From: an uncultured virus (IMG/VR IMGVR_UViG_3300024999_000010)
Lineage: Duplodnaviria > Heunggongvirae > Uroviricota > Caudoviricetes
Virus record (IMG/VR): IMGVR_UViG_3300024999_000010
Length of the DNA: 64,000 nucleotides
Reading direction: 5' to 3' (one strand)
The notes beneath the pieces are model-generated. The model had not been told where the DNA came from, made no database searches, and saw only the letters and a list, made by a program, of their open reading frames with translations. This document shows positions 46,560 through 55,599 of the stretch, one piece after another. The first letter of the stretch is position 1. Each line of letters starts with the position of its first letter. A program made the translations under genes and the position numbers.

Positions 46560-47105
46560 GTGAAGAAATTAATAATTGTTTTATTTATATCATTATTTTA
46601 TTATTCAATTGGGATAGCTGCTGGCCCCCCTGGTTCACCCCCGCAATCTGCGGTCACCATTGACGACTCCCCCAGCGATGGCAACACGACCGAGGCGGCA
46701 AGCTCCAACTCGGTGTATGACCATACGGTTAGCACAACGGCACACGGTCTGAATGCAACGGTCAACGTTACCGGGACTTCTTCATTATCTGATGCCAACG
46801 TGATTGGGACCGTAGTTTCAAATTACGGAATGGGTTCAGGCGGAGATACTACTTTACCGGCTTACAGTGGGAATATCAAGTTTACCATACTGGTCGAGGC
46901 GGCAACTCAGGCGTGGAGTTTAAAACCTCCATCTGGCGAGATATTTGTATTAGATGGAGCCGCGCTTGACGCTAATGATGAAATTGATATAGGCCAAACA
47001 GTAGGAAATAGTGCCGTGTTGATAAGATTAAGAACCGGGGCAAGTTCGTATCAATGGTATTTTTACAGCGTTCAGGGATCGCATACAGACGGAGGTGCAA
47101 GTTGA
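46560..47105 (+). CDS. hypothetical protein with Sec signal peptide
   Basis: MKKLIIVLFISLFYYSIGIA-AG; AGGAGG RBS; TATAAT at 46524-46529. Confidence 0.7.
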   Translation: MKKLIIVLFISLFYYSIGIAAGPPGSPPQSAVTIDDSPSDGNTTEAASSNSVYDHTVSTTAHGLNATVNVTGTSSLSDANVIGTVVSNYGMGSGGDTTLPAYSGNIKFTILVEAATQAWSLKPPSGEIFVLDGAALDANDEIDIGQTVGNSAVLIRLRTGASSYQWYFYSVQGSHTDGGAS

Positions 47106-48862
47106 TTTTTATAAGGCTTTCTCTCCTCTTCTTTTTAGCATTGATTATATCAACGCCTGTAAATGCAACGAATTATTATGTGCGCTCTGATGGCAGTGTA
47201 AGCACATGCTCTGCAGAAAATTTATCGAGTAATACCGCAGGTGGGGATGCTGCTGCGACTTCATTTAATTTGGAGGGGCTAGACATCTGCTTAGAAACAG
47301 ATGTTTTTGTTGGTGGTGATATCGTTTACCTGTCGGGGACAGGTGGAGATTTTACTGTTGCTGATATCCCGGCTGATAATACTGGGTATTATATAATTGT
47401 GCCTGACAACTCAGGGGGGGCATCTAGTTCTAGCAGGTTAACTTTTCAAGGGTTGCCCGGTGCGTTGCCAACACTGGAAGGGATAAATAGTTATTCGGGA
47501 TCGTGGACCGATGAGGACGCAGAAAATGCAGCATGGGTGTCTGACTCAACTATAACGGCTGGTGTAGCTCGTGCATTATATGATTCAGGACTACTAAGTT
47601 ATGGTGATGGGCTACCATCAACAAATTTGGCTGATTGTCGGGCAACAGATGGCAGTTGGTACTATGATAGTACAAGCGATCTTCTTTATGTTAATCCAGT
47701 AGGGACGGCTGACCCTAATACGGCAGCAGTGACATATATAGATTCTACTGCACAAGGTATCAACGTTGTTGATAGCTATATAAAAATAGAAGATATTACT
47801 TTTAGTAATATGAAATCATTCGGGGGTCAAAATAGTTCTCTGGATGTTTATTTTGATACAGTTACATTTGATTCATACTCTGACCAGGCATGGGAAACAA
47901 GCGAATGGGGGACAACCTATTTTAAAGATTGTACATGGGTAGGTAATACTTTTACAAGCGCAACAAGTGCAACAAAGACTTCATCAGATGGAGATATGAT
48001 ATCAATACATGCTGATGATGAAAACGCTGTTACAACTGTTATTGTTGATGGGGGGAGTGTAACTAACAGCTATGGGCCTGGGTCGCTTGCTGGAGGTATT
48101 ATATACTTGCACATTCGTGGAGTCGTACATGACAGGGTTTATCCTCAAACTATAAGCGTGTCTGATAATAACATAGCACTAGGGGGGATGATGCTTACCG
48201 ACGCTTCATATTTTAAGGCATCGTCGCCGACTACAGGAAAAAATGCTGTTGTAGCCGGGTCTTATTTATATTCTCCAAGCGCAGACATAGCAGGTAAAAA
48301 TTTAGGGACTACTAGCGTTACAGTTCCGAATCATGTGATATACCTAAATGATACAATATATTTTAATTCGACTCAGTATCTTAGTACTTACGGTGCTGAC
48401 GGGTCTGGGGAAATAGTTAATAGCATAATGATATATCCATGGACAGGGTATAGATTGCAATCTGGTCATACTTTAAACATTTGGCGGTCAATCATATATG
48501 GGTATGCGGCACAGGTTATCAATAGCGGGGGGATATTGAATAATTATTCTCCAGCCGCCTGGACCGGCTCAACTAATCCTACAATCACATTAGATACAGA
48601 TAATAAAAAGTATAGCCTAGATGTTGGTAGCCCTGCCATCAACTCGGCTAATGATGCCTCAGCAAACGTGAATATTGAGTTGCTGCTAAAAACAAATCTA
48701 GCGAATATGATTGGTGGAATTAATCTTTATTCATGGAGCGGTACAGATAGTAGTATGCTTCAAATAGTGTCAGGCGGGGTTTATGGGTATAATGCAGATG
48801 TTGGTGCAATTCAAGTCAACGACATCGTATTTAGGCACCCTGGGATAGCTTTAATGCAATAG
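47102..48862 (+). CDS. secreted/virion beta-helix-like protein
   Basis: Signal peptide ending VNA-TNYYV; GDIVYL; C-terminal GSPAINSA...DVGA, typical of right-handed beta-helix proteins. Confidence 0.65.
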   Translation: MIFIRLSLLFFLALIISTPVNATNYYVRSDGSVSTCSAENLSSNTAGGDAAATSFNLEGLDICLETDVFVGGDIVYLSGTGGDFTVADIPADNTGYYIIVPDNSGGASSSSRLTFQGLPGALPTLEGINSYSGSWTDEDAENAAWVSDSTITAGVARALYDSGLLSYGDGLPSTNLADCRATDGSWYYDSTSDLLYVNPVGTADPNTAAVTYIDSTAQGINVVDSYIKIEDITFSNMKSFGGQNSSLDVYFDTVTFDSYSDQAWETSEWGTTYFKDCTWVGNTFTSATSATKTSSDGDMISIHADDENAVTTVIVDGGSVTNSYGPGSLAGGIIYLHIRGVVHDRVYPQTISVSDNNIALGGMMLTDASYFKASSPTTGKNAVVAGSYLYSPSADIAGKNLGTTSVTVPNHVIYLNDTIYFNSTQYLSTYGADGSGEIVNSIMIYPWTGYRLQSGHTLNIWRSIIYGYAAQVINSGGILNNYSPAAWTGSTNPTITLDTDNKKYSLDVGSPAINSANDASANVNIELLLKTNLANMIGGINLYSWSGTDSSMLQIVSGGVYGYNADVGAIQVNDIVFRHPGIALMQ

Positions 48863-49107
48863 CGGGAGTGGTGAAATGCTAAAGTTCATCCTCGCTTGCA
48901 GCGTAATAATCTTCCTCCTAGCCGTCTTGCTAACTTGGGGGCTATGGGACTCTCAACGAGATCGGAGAAAAAGATGAAACAGCGGCCCCGGGCACAGCAG
49001 CCACTGAACCGGGGGGCCTGACCATATCACCACCTACTGATACAGGAGGTCTCATGGCTAAGGCCACAATACAATTTTGGTGGAAAAAATCAATGCGGAG
49101 GTGTGCG

Positions 49108-49605
49108 ATGATCAAGGGAGTATTTTGTCTAGTGGTAGCGGGGATGCTGACGGGGTGCGCGGGGCTGGGCTTTGACGATTACGAAAAATACGCTGAAACA
49201 CTGGCCAGCCATTCACAGGCTGAATCTGTGCGGATTGCGTCACAGTCAAACGCGATCAGGGACACGGTAAGCAGGGCCGGGGCGACCGACAACGAGCGGC
49301 TCTTGCTGGCGGTCATCGGCTCCATGCAGATTGAGCGGCTGTCTCCGGTTAAGCTCGATATTACCCCGCCGGTTACCGGGATGCAGGTCTTGAATACATT
49401 GTCAGGACAGGCCACGGCAATCATGGGCTTTGGCGCTCTGGGCTACCTCGGGGCAAAGGCGGTTGAGGGTGCTGGCCAGGTCACGTTCAACGGTGACTCG
49501 AACAGCTACGCCCCATTTGAGAGCCATATCACCGGCAGCTCTCAGGCGTCCATGTCGATTCCTTATCAGTCACCGACAACCACCACGACCGGGGGGATGG
49601 AGTAG
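49108..49605 (+). CDS. lipoprotein
   Basis: Lipobox LTG-C after a hydrophobic N-terminus; GGAGG RBS. Confidence 0.7.
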   Translation: MIKGVFCLVVAGMLTGCAGLGFDDYEKYAETLASHSQAESVRIASQSNAIRDTVSRAGATDNERLLLAVIGSMQIERLSPVKLDITPPVTGMQVLNTLSGQATAIMGFGALGYLGAKAVEGAGQVTFNGDSNSYAPFESHITGSSQASMSIPYQSPTTTTTGGME

Positions 49606-49608
49606 GCT

Positions 49609-49767
49609 ATGAACCATCTTGACAACTACAAAACATACATCGTATCAGCGGCACAAATTGCCTGTGGAATTTTCTTTTTCTACAATGGCGATAAGGAACT
49701 CGGCACCTTGCTGATCCTTTCGGGGCTAGGGCAGGCAGCTTTGCGGCATGGGGTCGGCAAGAAATGA
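49609..49767 (+). CDS. small holin-like membrane protein
   Basis: Manual translation MNHLDNYKTYIVSAAQIACGIFFF...GLGQAALRHGVGKK; two hydrophobic segments. Confidence 0.55.
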   Translation: MNHLDNYKTYIVSAAQIACGIFFFYNGDKELGTLLILSGLGQAALRHGVGKK

Positions 49768-50324
49768 TCCTGCTCAACATTCAGCCCGGTGATATCTTCG
49801 CCGTCCGCACGGATGCTCTGTTCGGCAAGCTGATACGGCTCAGGGACCGGCTACGCTCAACGGACGGCGAGGCCGAATACAACCACTGCGGAATAATTAT
49901 TAACTCAGATGGCACCACGTTTGAGAGCAGGCGAAGAATAGGGCGCTACAACCTGTTCGAGATGTACGCGGGGCAGAGGGTGATTATTGCCCGCCCGCTG
50001 GCACAGGACTTCAGCAAGAAGGCCGCGGTCAAACGGCTGGTCAATAAATACAATGGCCGCGCTTATCCCTGGTATCGGATTTTTCTGCACGCTATAACGC
50101 CGACCCTTGCCCGGTATCTGCACCATTCAGGTGTCCCGGTATGCTCTGAACTGGCCGGGGAGTATCTGTATCTGATAGGCGTTCGGCACTCTAATTTTTG
50201 GGGCACGACTCCCGACATGTTGTCCGATGAGTGGCGGCACTGGCGGGAGTACGAAATCATCTACGATGGAATTTTACCGCCTGTGAGCCGGGCAAAGGAT
50301 GGGAATGATGGCAGTAGATGCTAA
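49764..50324 (+). CDS. permuted papain-like amidase (YiiX/YebB, NlpC/P60 superfamily)
   Basis: QPGDI, YNHCG, Y, CSEL, TP. Confidence 0.8.
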   Translation: MILLNIQPGDIFAVRTDALFGKLIRLRDRLRSTDGEAEYNHCGIIINSDGTTFESRRRIGRYNLFEMYAGQRVIIARPLAQDFSKKAAVKRLVNKYNGRAYPWYRIFLHAITPTLARYLHHSGVPVCSELAGEYLYLIGVRHSNFWGTTPDMLSDEWRHWREYEIIYDGILPPVSRAKDGNDGSRC

Positions 50325-50760
50325 GATGATTGAGTGCCCAGAAAAAGGATGTGTCAATCATCAGTTGCTGGAGCAGCTCGTTAGGGAGAGAATGGACACT
50401 CTTTCTAAAGAAATGGGGGACACCATAGAAGAAGCCACTACATGTGTCCAACGTATGACTGAGGCCAGTGAACGATTACTTGCCGAGCATCATAAGTTGG
50501 AATACGCTCATGGTGAGATTAAGCAGACAATGCGTAGTGTTGAGGCATTACTTAGGTCAATGTCTGAGGGGTACAATCAACGACTTGCAGAAGGCAACAT
50601 ACGATTTGTTAGTATAGAGCAAAAAGTTGCAAATGTAAGTGACGAACTGATACGTCTCAAAGCAAGCTCAGTATCAAATGGAAGTGCCAGCGGGATATCC
50701 ACCAGCATCTCCATGATAATTGTCGCTGTTTGGGAAATCATCAAGAGTATTGGGAAATAA
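50305..50760 (+). CDS. coiled-coil protein with C-terminal membrane helix (lysis region)
   Basis: Heptad pattern and terminal hydrophobic segment. Confidence 0.55.
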   Translation: MMAVDAKMIECPEKGCVNHQLLEQLVRERMDTLSKEMGDTIEEATTCVQRMTEASERLLAEHHKLEYAHGEIKQTMRSVEALLRSMSEGYNQRLAEGNIRFVSIEQKVANVSDELIRLKASSVSNGSASGISTSISMIIVAVWEIIKSIGK

Positions 50761-50951
50761 GCGCAATGTGTGAGTGTTGTGAAGGACGGTGAGTTCGGGC
50801 CATGCAGACTCTGCGTAGTTTGTTCATGGGACATCTGGATTCCAGTTCTACGAAATAACAACCCGGACTTTCCATGGACGATGTGGTACTACCGCGGGGT
50901 GCATGTTCAGGAGTTGCACAAGCCGATAGCAGCAAAACGGATGGAGCTGTG

Positions 50952-51383
50952 ATGGAATACCGACACGATGAAATAACCTTTCTGGCGCTGACCGCATGGC
51001 GTGAGGCACGGGGGCAGAGTGAAGAATGTATTGCCGCAGTGGTGCATTCAATAATGAACCGGGTGAACCGTCCGAAGTGGTGGGGGGATGATATTCTCTC
51101 GGTAATCTTCAAAAAGTGGCAGTATTCAAGCACAACAGACCCGAAGGACAAACAGCTTACAACTTGGCCCGAGAAAAAGCCAAGGGTCTCCTGGGATAAA
51201 TGTATGCGAATCGTTGAGGGGGTGCTTAACGGATGTATCCCCAATCCGGCCCCAGGCGCAGACAGCTATTTCGATGACTCAATTAAGCCACCGTATTGGG
51301 CAGAGCCGGATAAATTCGTGGTGAAGATAGGCAGGGTCTATTTTTACGACTTGGATCAGGACTATGAAAGAGAAGGTGCCTGA
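50952..51383 (+). CDS. cell wall hydrolase (SleB/Hydrolase_2), probable endolysin
   Basis: LALT.WREARG, I.NR, QYS, GA..Y, P.WA, IG...FY. Confidence 0.88.
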   Translation: MEYRHDEITFLALTAWREARGQSEECIAAVVHSIMNRVNRPKWWGDDILSVIFKKWQYSSTTDPKDKQLTTWPEKKPRVSWDKCMRIVEGVLNGCIPNPAPGADSYFDDSIKPPYWAEPDKFVVKIGRVYFYDLDQDYEREGA

Positions 51384-51517
51384 AAAGAAAAAGCCCTGCA
51401 AGGTAATAAACCTCGTCCCCGTAATCGCACGGCGCAAGGAAGAACAGCGCAAGCGGCTGATGAAGGCATTGAAAGAAATGAACGACTGAATCCGTCCTAC
51501 CCCTCCTCGGGACGGTT

Positions 51518-51557
51518 GCCCCATGCTGGACCTCCCTCCCGGCGTGGGGCGTTTTTA
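51518..51557 (+). terminator. intrinsic terminator at the convergent late/early junction
   Basis: GCCCCATGCTGG...CCGGCGTGGGGC stem followed by GTTTTT. Confidence 0.65.
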
Positions 51558-52068
51558 TTCCGTAGGTGGTTCGGGTAGCGGTTGCCAGTGGGTAACTTCG
51601 CCCTCAACTATTTCACACCCAGAAAAATCACCCCAATTATCTACTATCTCATGCCATGATTCAGTAACGTATTCATGCTCTCCAGCCTCGTCCCATTCGG
51701 TGCCGCCTTCCGCGTCCTGGTCAAAATAATCTTTGACAAGCACGGTGAACCTGGGGATATATTCTGCCATTACCTCCCGGCCCTTACCTTGATTGTTTCG
51801 ATAAAAAGCAATTACCTTTTTCCGTGCTTCCGGCGCCCTATCCTTTACGCTTATCCACTGAGAGGCGCGGGCGTTCCATGCCTCAATAGCTTTTCCCGCC
51901 GCATCATTTTTTGTTGATCCCTTTCCAAACTGATGGGCTTTGAATGTATGCCCCCCCGCAAAAGCAAAAAACAAAACAGATAAAACTTGTACTTTCGCTC
52001 ACCATCGCAGCGCGAATAGTTATGCCTGGTTCACTTCCGCAGAACGGGCAGGATTTAAGGTTTTTCAT
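51555..52068 (-). pseudogene. Lar-family Zn-finger + DUF551 fusion interrupted by a frameshift
   Basis: MKNLKSCPFCG...CFCGG in one frame; AIEAWNAR..WISVKDR.P...VTHWQPLPEPP in another; the frames meet at a G7 run (51951-51957). Confidence 0.65.
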
Positions 52069-52252
52069 TCAACGCCTCCCTGGCCTTGTCGGCTATATCC
52101 ATAAATTTTGTCAATATAGCAAGGGTTTCTATCTCCATCAGCACCTCATCCTTCCGCGCAAGTTCGGCTTCGAGCTGCTGGATGCGGTTCGCTGCAATGA
52201 CGCTCTTGGCTTCTTCGGCTCTTACTAACTGATTTCGCAATCTATATGTCAT
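52055..52252 (-). CDS. hypothetical protein
   Basis: AAGGAGG RBS. Confidence 0.55.
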   Translation of the reverse strand: MTYRLRNQLVRAEEAKSVIAANRIQQLEAELARKDEVLMEIETLAILTKFMDIADKAREALNEKP

Positions 52253-52261
52253 ATCCCCTCC

Positions 52262-52438
52262 TTAAAGTGCAGAGACAACCCACATGCCACTGCAGCGCTC
52301 TTTTCCATCCTTGACAACACACTCTGCCAGCACCCTTGCCGGAATGTTTCTTATTTCTGAAATCTTAGAAGAATCCCCTTCCCAAAAAATATGGTCGCCT
52401 AGTATCTCGTTTTTCACTTCAACTCTTATGGTGCTCAT
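52262..52438 (-). CDS. hypothetical protein (58 aa)
   Basis: Manual translation MSTIRVEVKNEILGDHIFWEG...; AAGGAGG RBS. Confidence 0.5.
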   Translation of the reverse strand: MSTIRVEVKNEILGDHIFWEGDSSKISEIRNIPARVLAECVVKDGKERCSGMWVVSAL

Positions 52439-52454
52439 ATTCCCTCCTTAAAGT

Positions 52455-52547
52455 GTACGGCGGGCAGGATTTGAACCTGCACTGGCTGTCGGGCCTTTCG
52501 GCATTCCGATCCAGAATATCAGCAATACCATTATGCCACCGCCGTAC
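52455..52547 (-). ncRNA. tRNA-like RNA lacking an anticodon loop
   Basis: 9-bp closing stem GTACGGCGG/CCGCCGTAC; D-like arm GCA-TAATGGTAT-TGC; T arm GCAGG-TTCAAAT-CCTGC; central bulged stem capped by GAAA. Confidence 0.7.
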
Positions 52548-52551
52548 TTGT

Positions 52552-53193
52552 TTACAAACATTTTACTTTTGTTTCTCTATTTTTTATTGTAAATTCGAAT
52601 ATCTTATCCGCAACCGCTTCAATATCTTCTCTCGATGCTCGTTCATCTGCAATCATTATAATTTGTAATCCCGGCCAATTTTGTTCTGGTCTTGGTTTGC
52701 AAATCTCTTTTAACATCGCCAAGGCTCTGATATTTGTTTCTTGCCCTTTCAAATGTTTAAATGGTTCATCCAAAAATATAATTGGCCTATTCCTTGGCTT
52801 TTTTAAACTCCATAATGCTGCCCTTAATGCCGTTCCGGCAATATCTACAGAACCAAGGCCGGTTGATTTTTTAGGATTCAATCTTTGCCCATCCCGGATA
52901 AACCAAAAATCTGCTTCGGTTTTCCCCCTTCTCAATTCAATAGCAACTTCAAAATCATAAGGATCATCAAAAACCCCTTGTAATGCGAGTTTAGGAAGTT
53001 CTGATAATTGATATTTTAATTCTTCCTGAGTTTGTTGGGCAACCGTTTGAATAAGGATTTTGGCCCGTTCCGCTGATCGGTGTTCCCTTCTGAGTTTTTG
53101 AGATTCCAAACGGGTAGAATCAATTTGATTTTGGATTTGATCTCGTTTGCCCTTTCTCTGGTCAATTGCCGATCTGAATTGTTGGATATTCAT
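52552..53193 (-). CDS. SbcC/Rad50-like ATPase, C-terminal half
   Basis: Coiled coil, degenerate signature STGLG, Walker B IFLDEPF. Confidence 0.8.
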   Translation of the reverse strand: MNIQQFRSAIDQRKGKRDQIQNQIDSTRLESQKLRREHRSAERAKILIQTVAQQTQEELKYQLSELPKLALQGVFDDPYDFEVAIELRRGKTEADFWFIRDGQRLNPKKSTGLGSVDIAGTALRAALWSLKKPRNRPIIFLDEPFKHLKGQETNIRALAMLKEICKPRPEQNWPGLQIIMIADERASREDIEAVADKIFEFTIKNRETKVKCL

Positions 53194-53621
53194 TTTATAT
53201 TTCTTGCCAATTCTTTAAGAGCTTCAAATATTTTTACTCTACATTCTTTATTTTTAATCATAAATACTGGAAGAAAATTCATCCATTTTGTTGCTGTTTC
53301 CCATGCCTTAAACTCTTCTTTGGTCCACACCATTATTATATTAAAAAGATATTCACCATTTATTTTATATGAACGAAATAAATTATCTTTACAATCATAA
53401 ACTTCTATATCTGTTTTAATAAAAATCGGTTCATTATAAGTTTTATATGGATTATCAAAATGAAATAAAATATTTTTTTTATCCATTTCCTTACGAAAAT
53501 CTTCAAATAAAACAATATAATCCCAATCTGAATCGTCATGATATACGCCCCATGATCTTGATCCAGTAAGAATTCCTATTTTTTCAATTATTGATAATAT
53601 TTTTTCTTTCGTTGTTTTCAT
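53190..53621 (-). CDS. minimal nucleotidyltransferase-like protein
   Basis: LTGSR.WG....SDWD (GS...DxD pol-beta motif). Confidence 0.7.
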   Translation of the reverse strand: MKTTKEKILSIIEKIGILTGSRSWGVYHDDSDWDYIVLFEDFRKEMDKKNILFHFDNPYKTYNEPIFIKTDIEVYDCKDNLFRSYKINGEYLFNIIMVWTKEEFKAWETATKWMNFLPVFMIKNKECRVKIFEALKELARNIK

Positions 53622-53626
53622 CTTAT

Positions 53627-53848
53627 TTACCACTCATATTCTATTTCAAGTTGTTCAAGTTTTTTATCAAATTCTTTCTGGAGTTTACCGGCTTTTGATT
53701 CTTCTTTTTCAATTTCCTTTTCAGCTTCTTCGATTGTTTTACATCCTTCCTCGGTAAGCCGTTTAATTTGTGAAGCCTTTTCCCCCCGGAGTTCAGCGGC
53801 TCTTTCCTTTTTCTGTTCCAGTTTTTTGGTCATTTCATCAAGTGTCAT
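53627..53848 (-). CDS. short coiled-coil protein (possible middle piece of split SbcC)
   Basis: All-helical, E/K-rich. Confidence 0.55.
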   Translation of the reverse strand: MTLDEMTKKLEQKKERAAELRGEKASQIKRLTEEGCKTIEEAEKEIEKEESKAGKLQKEFDKKLEQLEIEYEW

Positions 53849-54439
53849 TTATATACTCTCTCTTAATTTTTGAATCCATTCTGTTCGTTTATTTACCCTA
53901 TCAATTTCCTTTTGATTTTCTTCTGTATAATATTGAATATTTTGTATTGTTTCAGACAGGGAAGAATTGTAATATTCAATTATCGGTGTTTCAATAGCTA
54001 TTTTTAATGAATTTTTTGTATATTCTAATTTATGCATACTAATATCAATTTGTTGTAGCATAAATTTTTTTAATTCTATATGATCTTTTGTTGGTGGATT
54101 CCACTTTCTAACTTGTGCTGCCATATCTAAAAGACGGCTATTTTGTTGCATATATTCTTCAAGATATTTTTCATATCTTTTTATTTCTGTTTCTTTCTTG
54201 GAATCCCCAAAAATTTCTTTTTCATCTCCAGTCATTGCCTTTAATAATTTCAATTTTTCTTTTGTTTCGACAAGTTTTTCAGCATAATAATTTGATGGTT
54301 CAAATTTATCGGGAATTTTAGCATCAATAGGAGAATCTCTCATTTCAATAAGAACATCAAATGCACGGGCACAACCCATAATAAATTCTTGAAATGTCTG
54401 CCCCTTTTCAACTAATGTTGCAGTATATCCAGTTGGCAT
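53849..54439 (-). CDS. phage hypothetical protein (MPTGYT type)
   Basis: MPTGYTA...F...CARAF...W.PPT..H..LK.FM..Q. Confidence 0.7.
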   Translation of the reverse strand: MPTGYTATLVEKGQTFQEFIMGCARAFDVLIEMRDSPIDAKIPDKFEPSNYYAEKLVETKEKLKLLKAMTGDEKEIFGDSKKETEIKRYEKYLEEYMQQNSRLLDMAAQVRKWNPPTKDHIELKKFMLQQIDISMHKLEYTKNSLKIAIETPIIEYYNSSLSETIQNIQYYTEENQKEIDRVNKRTEWIQKLRESI

Positions 54440-54451
54440 AATTTTCTCCTA

Positions 54452-55372
54452 TTATTTTTGTTCGACATATCCCCAAACCTTATCTTTTACAGGTTGAGGA
54501 ATTTCTTTATTATCCGTTGCTGTTTCCAAATTCTTTAAAAAATCAATCCCGTGTTCAACAGTATCCCCTAATTTTTCCACAAATGCATCAAGCCTTGTTT
54601 CTCTTGCATTCGCTTCTTCGATATGCTCCCGGCTGATTACTCCTTTTCTAATCGGGACAAATACTTGTTCAATTTCATTTGTTTCCGCATACCAAAGAAA
54701 TACAGATGGCTTATGATCAATTTGGTCTGCATCATTTCGCATTAATGAGCCTGGATTAACAAGGATTCGATTTCCAATCTTATGGGTAAATGTTTGATGA
54801 TTATGTCCTGAAACAATTAAATCAAAATCAGGAAGAAGATTCATTAATTCCTTTGCAGAATATCCTTCACATCCCGGGAATGGGGGAGAATCTTTGTAAA
54901 CCATTGTGTGGATGAGGGCAATACTAGAAAGTATTCCAGAAGGTTGAATAATTTCCTTTCCCCACGGAAATCCTATTATTTCATATTGTCCATATCTATT
55001 TTCAACCATTTTTATATCAACAAATTCTTTATTTACATATGTTAAAATTCCAGCCTTTTCCAAAACGGCCATTGCCGAATTCTGATAATTTTCAATTGAT
55101 TTTCCCGGAAGATCATGATTTCCTGGAACAGTATAAAATGGCCTTGGCAAATTTTCTATTGCCCAACCCAATAATTCATGGGAAGGATTTACTTTATATT
55201 TCTTGTCAAACAAATCTCCGGCATCAAGAATGGGAATCATGTCATGTTTCTCTTGTAATTCCCTGAGCCATTTGATTTTCCGTTCTTGGGTTTTCCAATG
55301 ATCATCAGTTCGACACAAAGGGGCATAGGCCCTAAGTTCGATGTCTGCCGTAAGTATTGCCGATGCTTTCAT
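54452..55372 (-). CDS. SbcD/Mre11-like metallophosphoesterase nuclease
   Basis: AD, AGDLFD, PGNHD, SGHNH, NPGSL.R. Confidence 0.9.
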   Translation of the reverse strand: MKASAILTADIELRAYAPLCRTDDHWKTQERKIKWLRELQEKHDMIPILDAGDLFDKKYKVNPSHELLGWAIENLPRPFYTVPGNHDLPGKSIENYQNSAMAVLEKAGILTYVNKEFVDIKMVENRYGQYEIIGFPWGKEIIQPSGILSSIALIHTMVYKDSPPFPGCEGYSAKELMNLLPDFDLIVSGHNHQTFTHKIGNRILVNPGSLMRNDADQIDHKPSVFLWYAETNEIEQVFVPIRKGVISREHIEEANARETRLDAFVEKLGDTVEHGIDFLKNLETATDNKEIPQPVKDKVWGYVEQK

Positions 55373-55377
55373 TTTGT

Positions 55378-55599
55378 TTATTTATTAGAAATTTTTATTT
55401 CATCAGCAGGCACATACCCCGCTTCCTTAAATTTATTCACACAATTGTTATGAGCAACTAAAGCTACCGGTACCCCAATCCAACCAAATCCCCATGCATG
55501 ACATGGTTGTGTTTCGTTTGTTGTTGGATTAACCATCATTGTATTCATACTTACACAGCCAGAAAGAAAAAGCAGACAGATAATTATAATTGTTTTCAT
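55378..55599 (-). CDS. small lipoprotein
   Basis: MKTIIIICLLFLSG-C lipobox. Confidence 0.7.
   Translation of the reverse strand: MKTIIIICLLFLSGCVSMNTMMVNPTTNETQPCHAWGFGWIGVPVALVAHNNCVNKFKEAGYVPADEIKISNK

Noticed and set aside
44744..48862. Diversity-generating retroelement target
   Set aside because: No reverse transcriptase, and no adenine-variable TR/VR repeat pair was noticed in the window.
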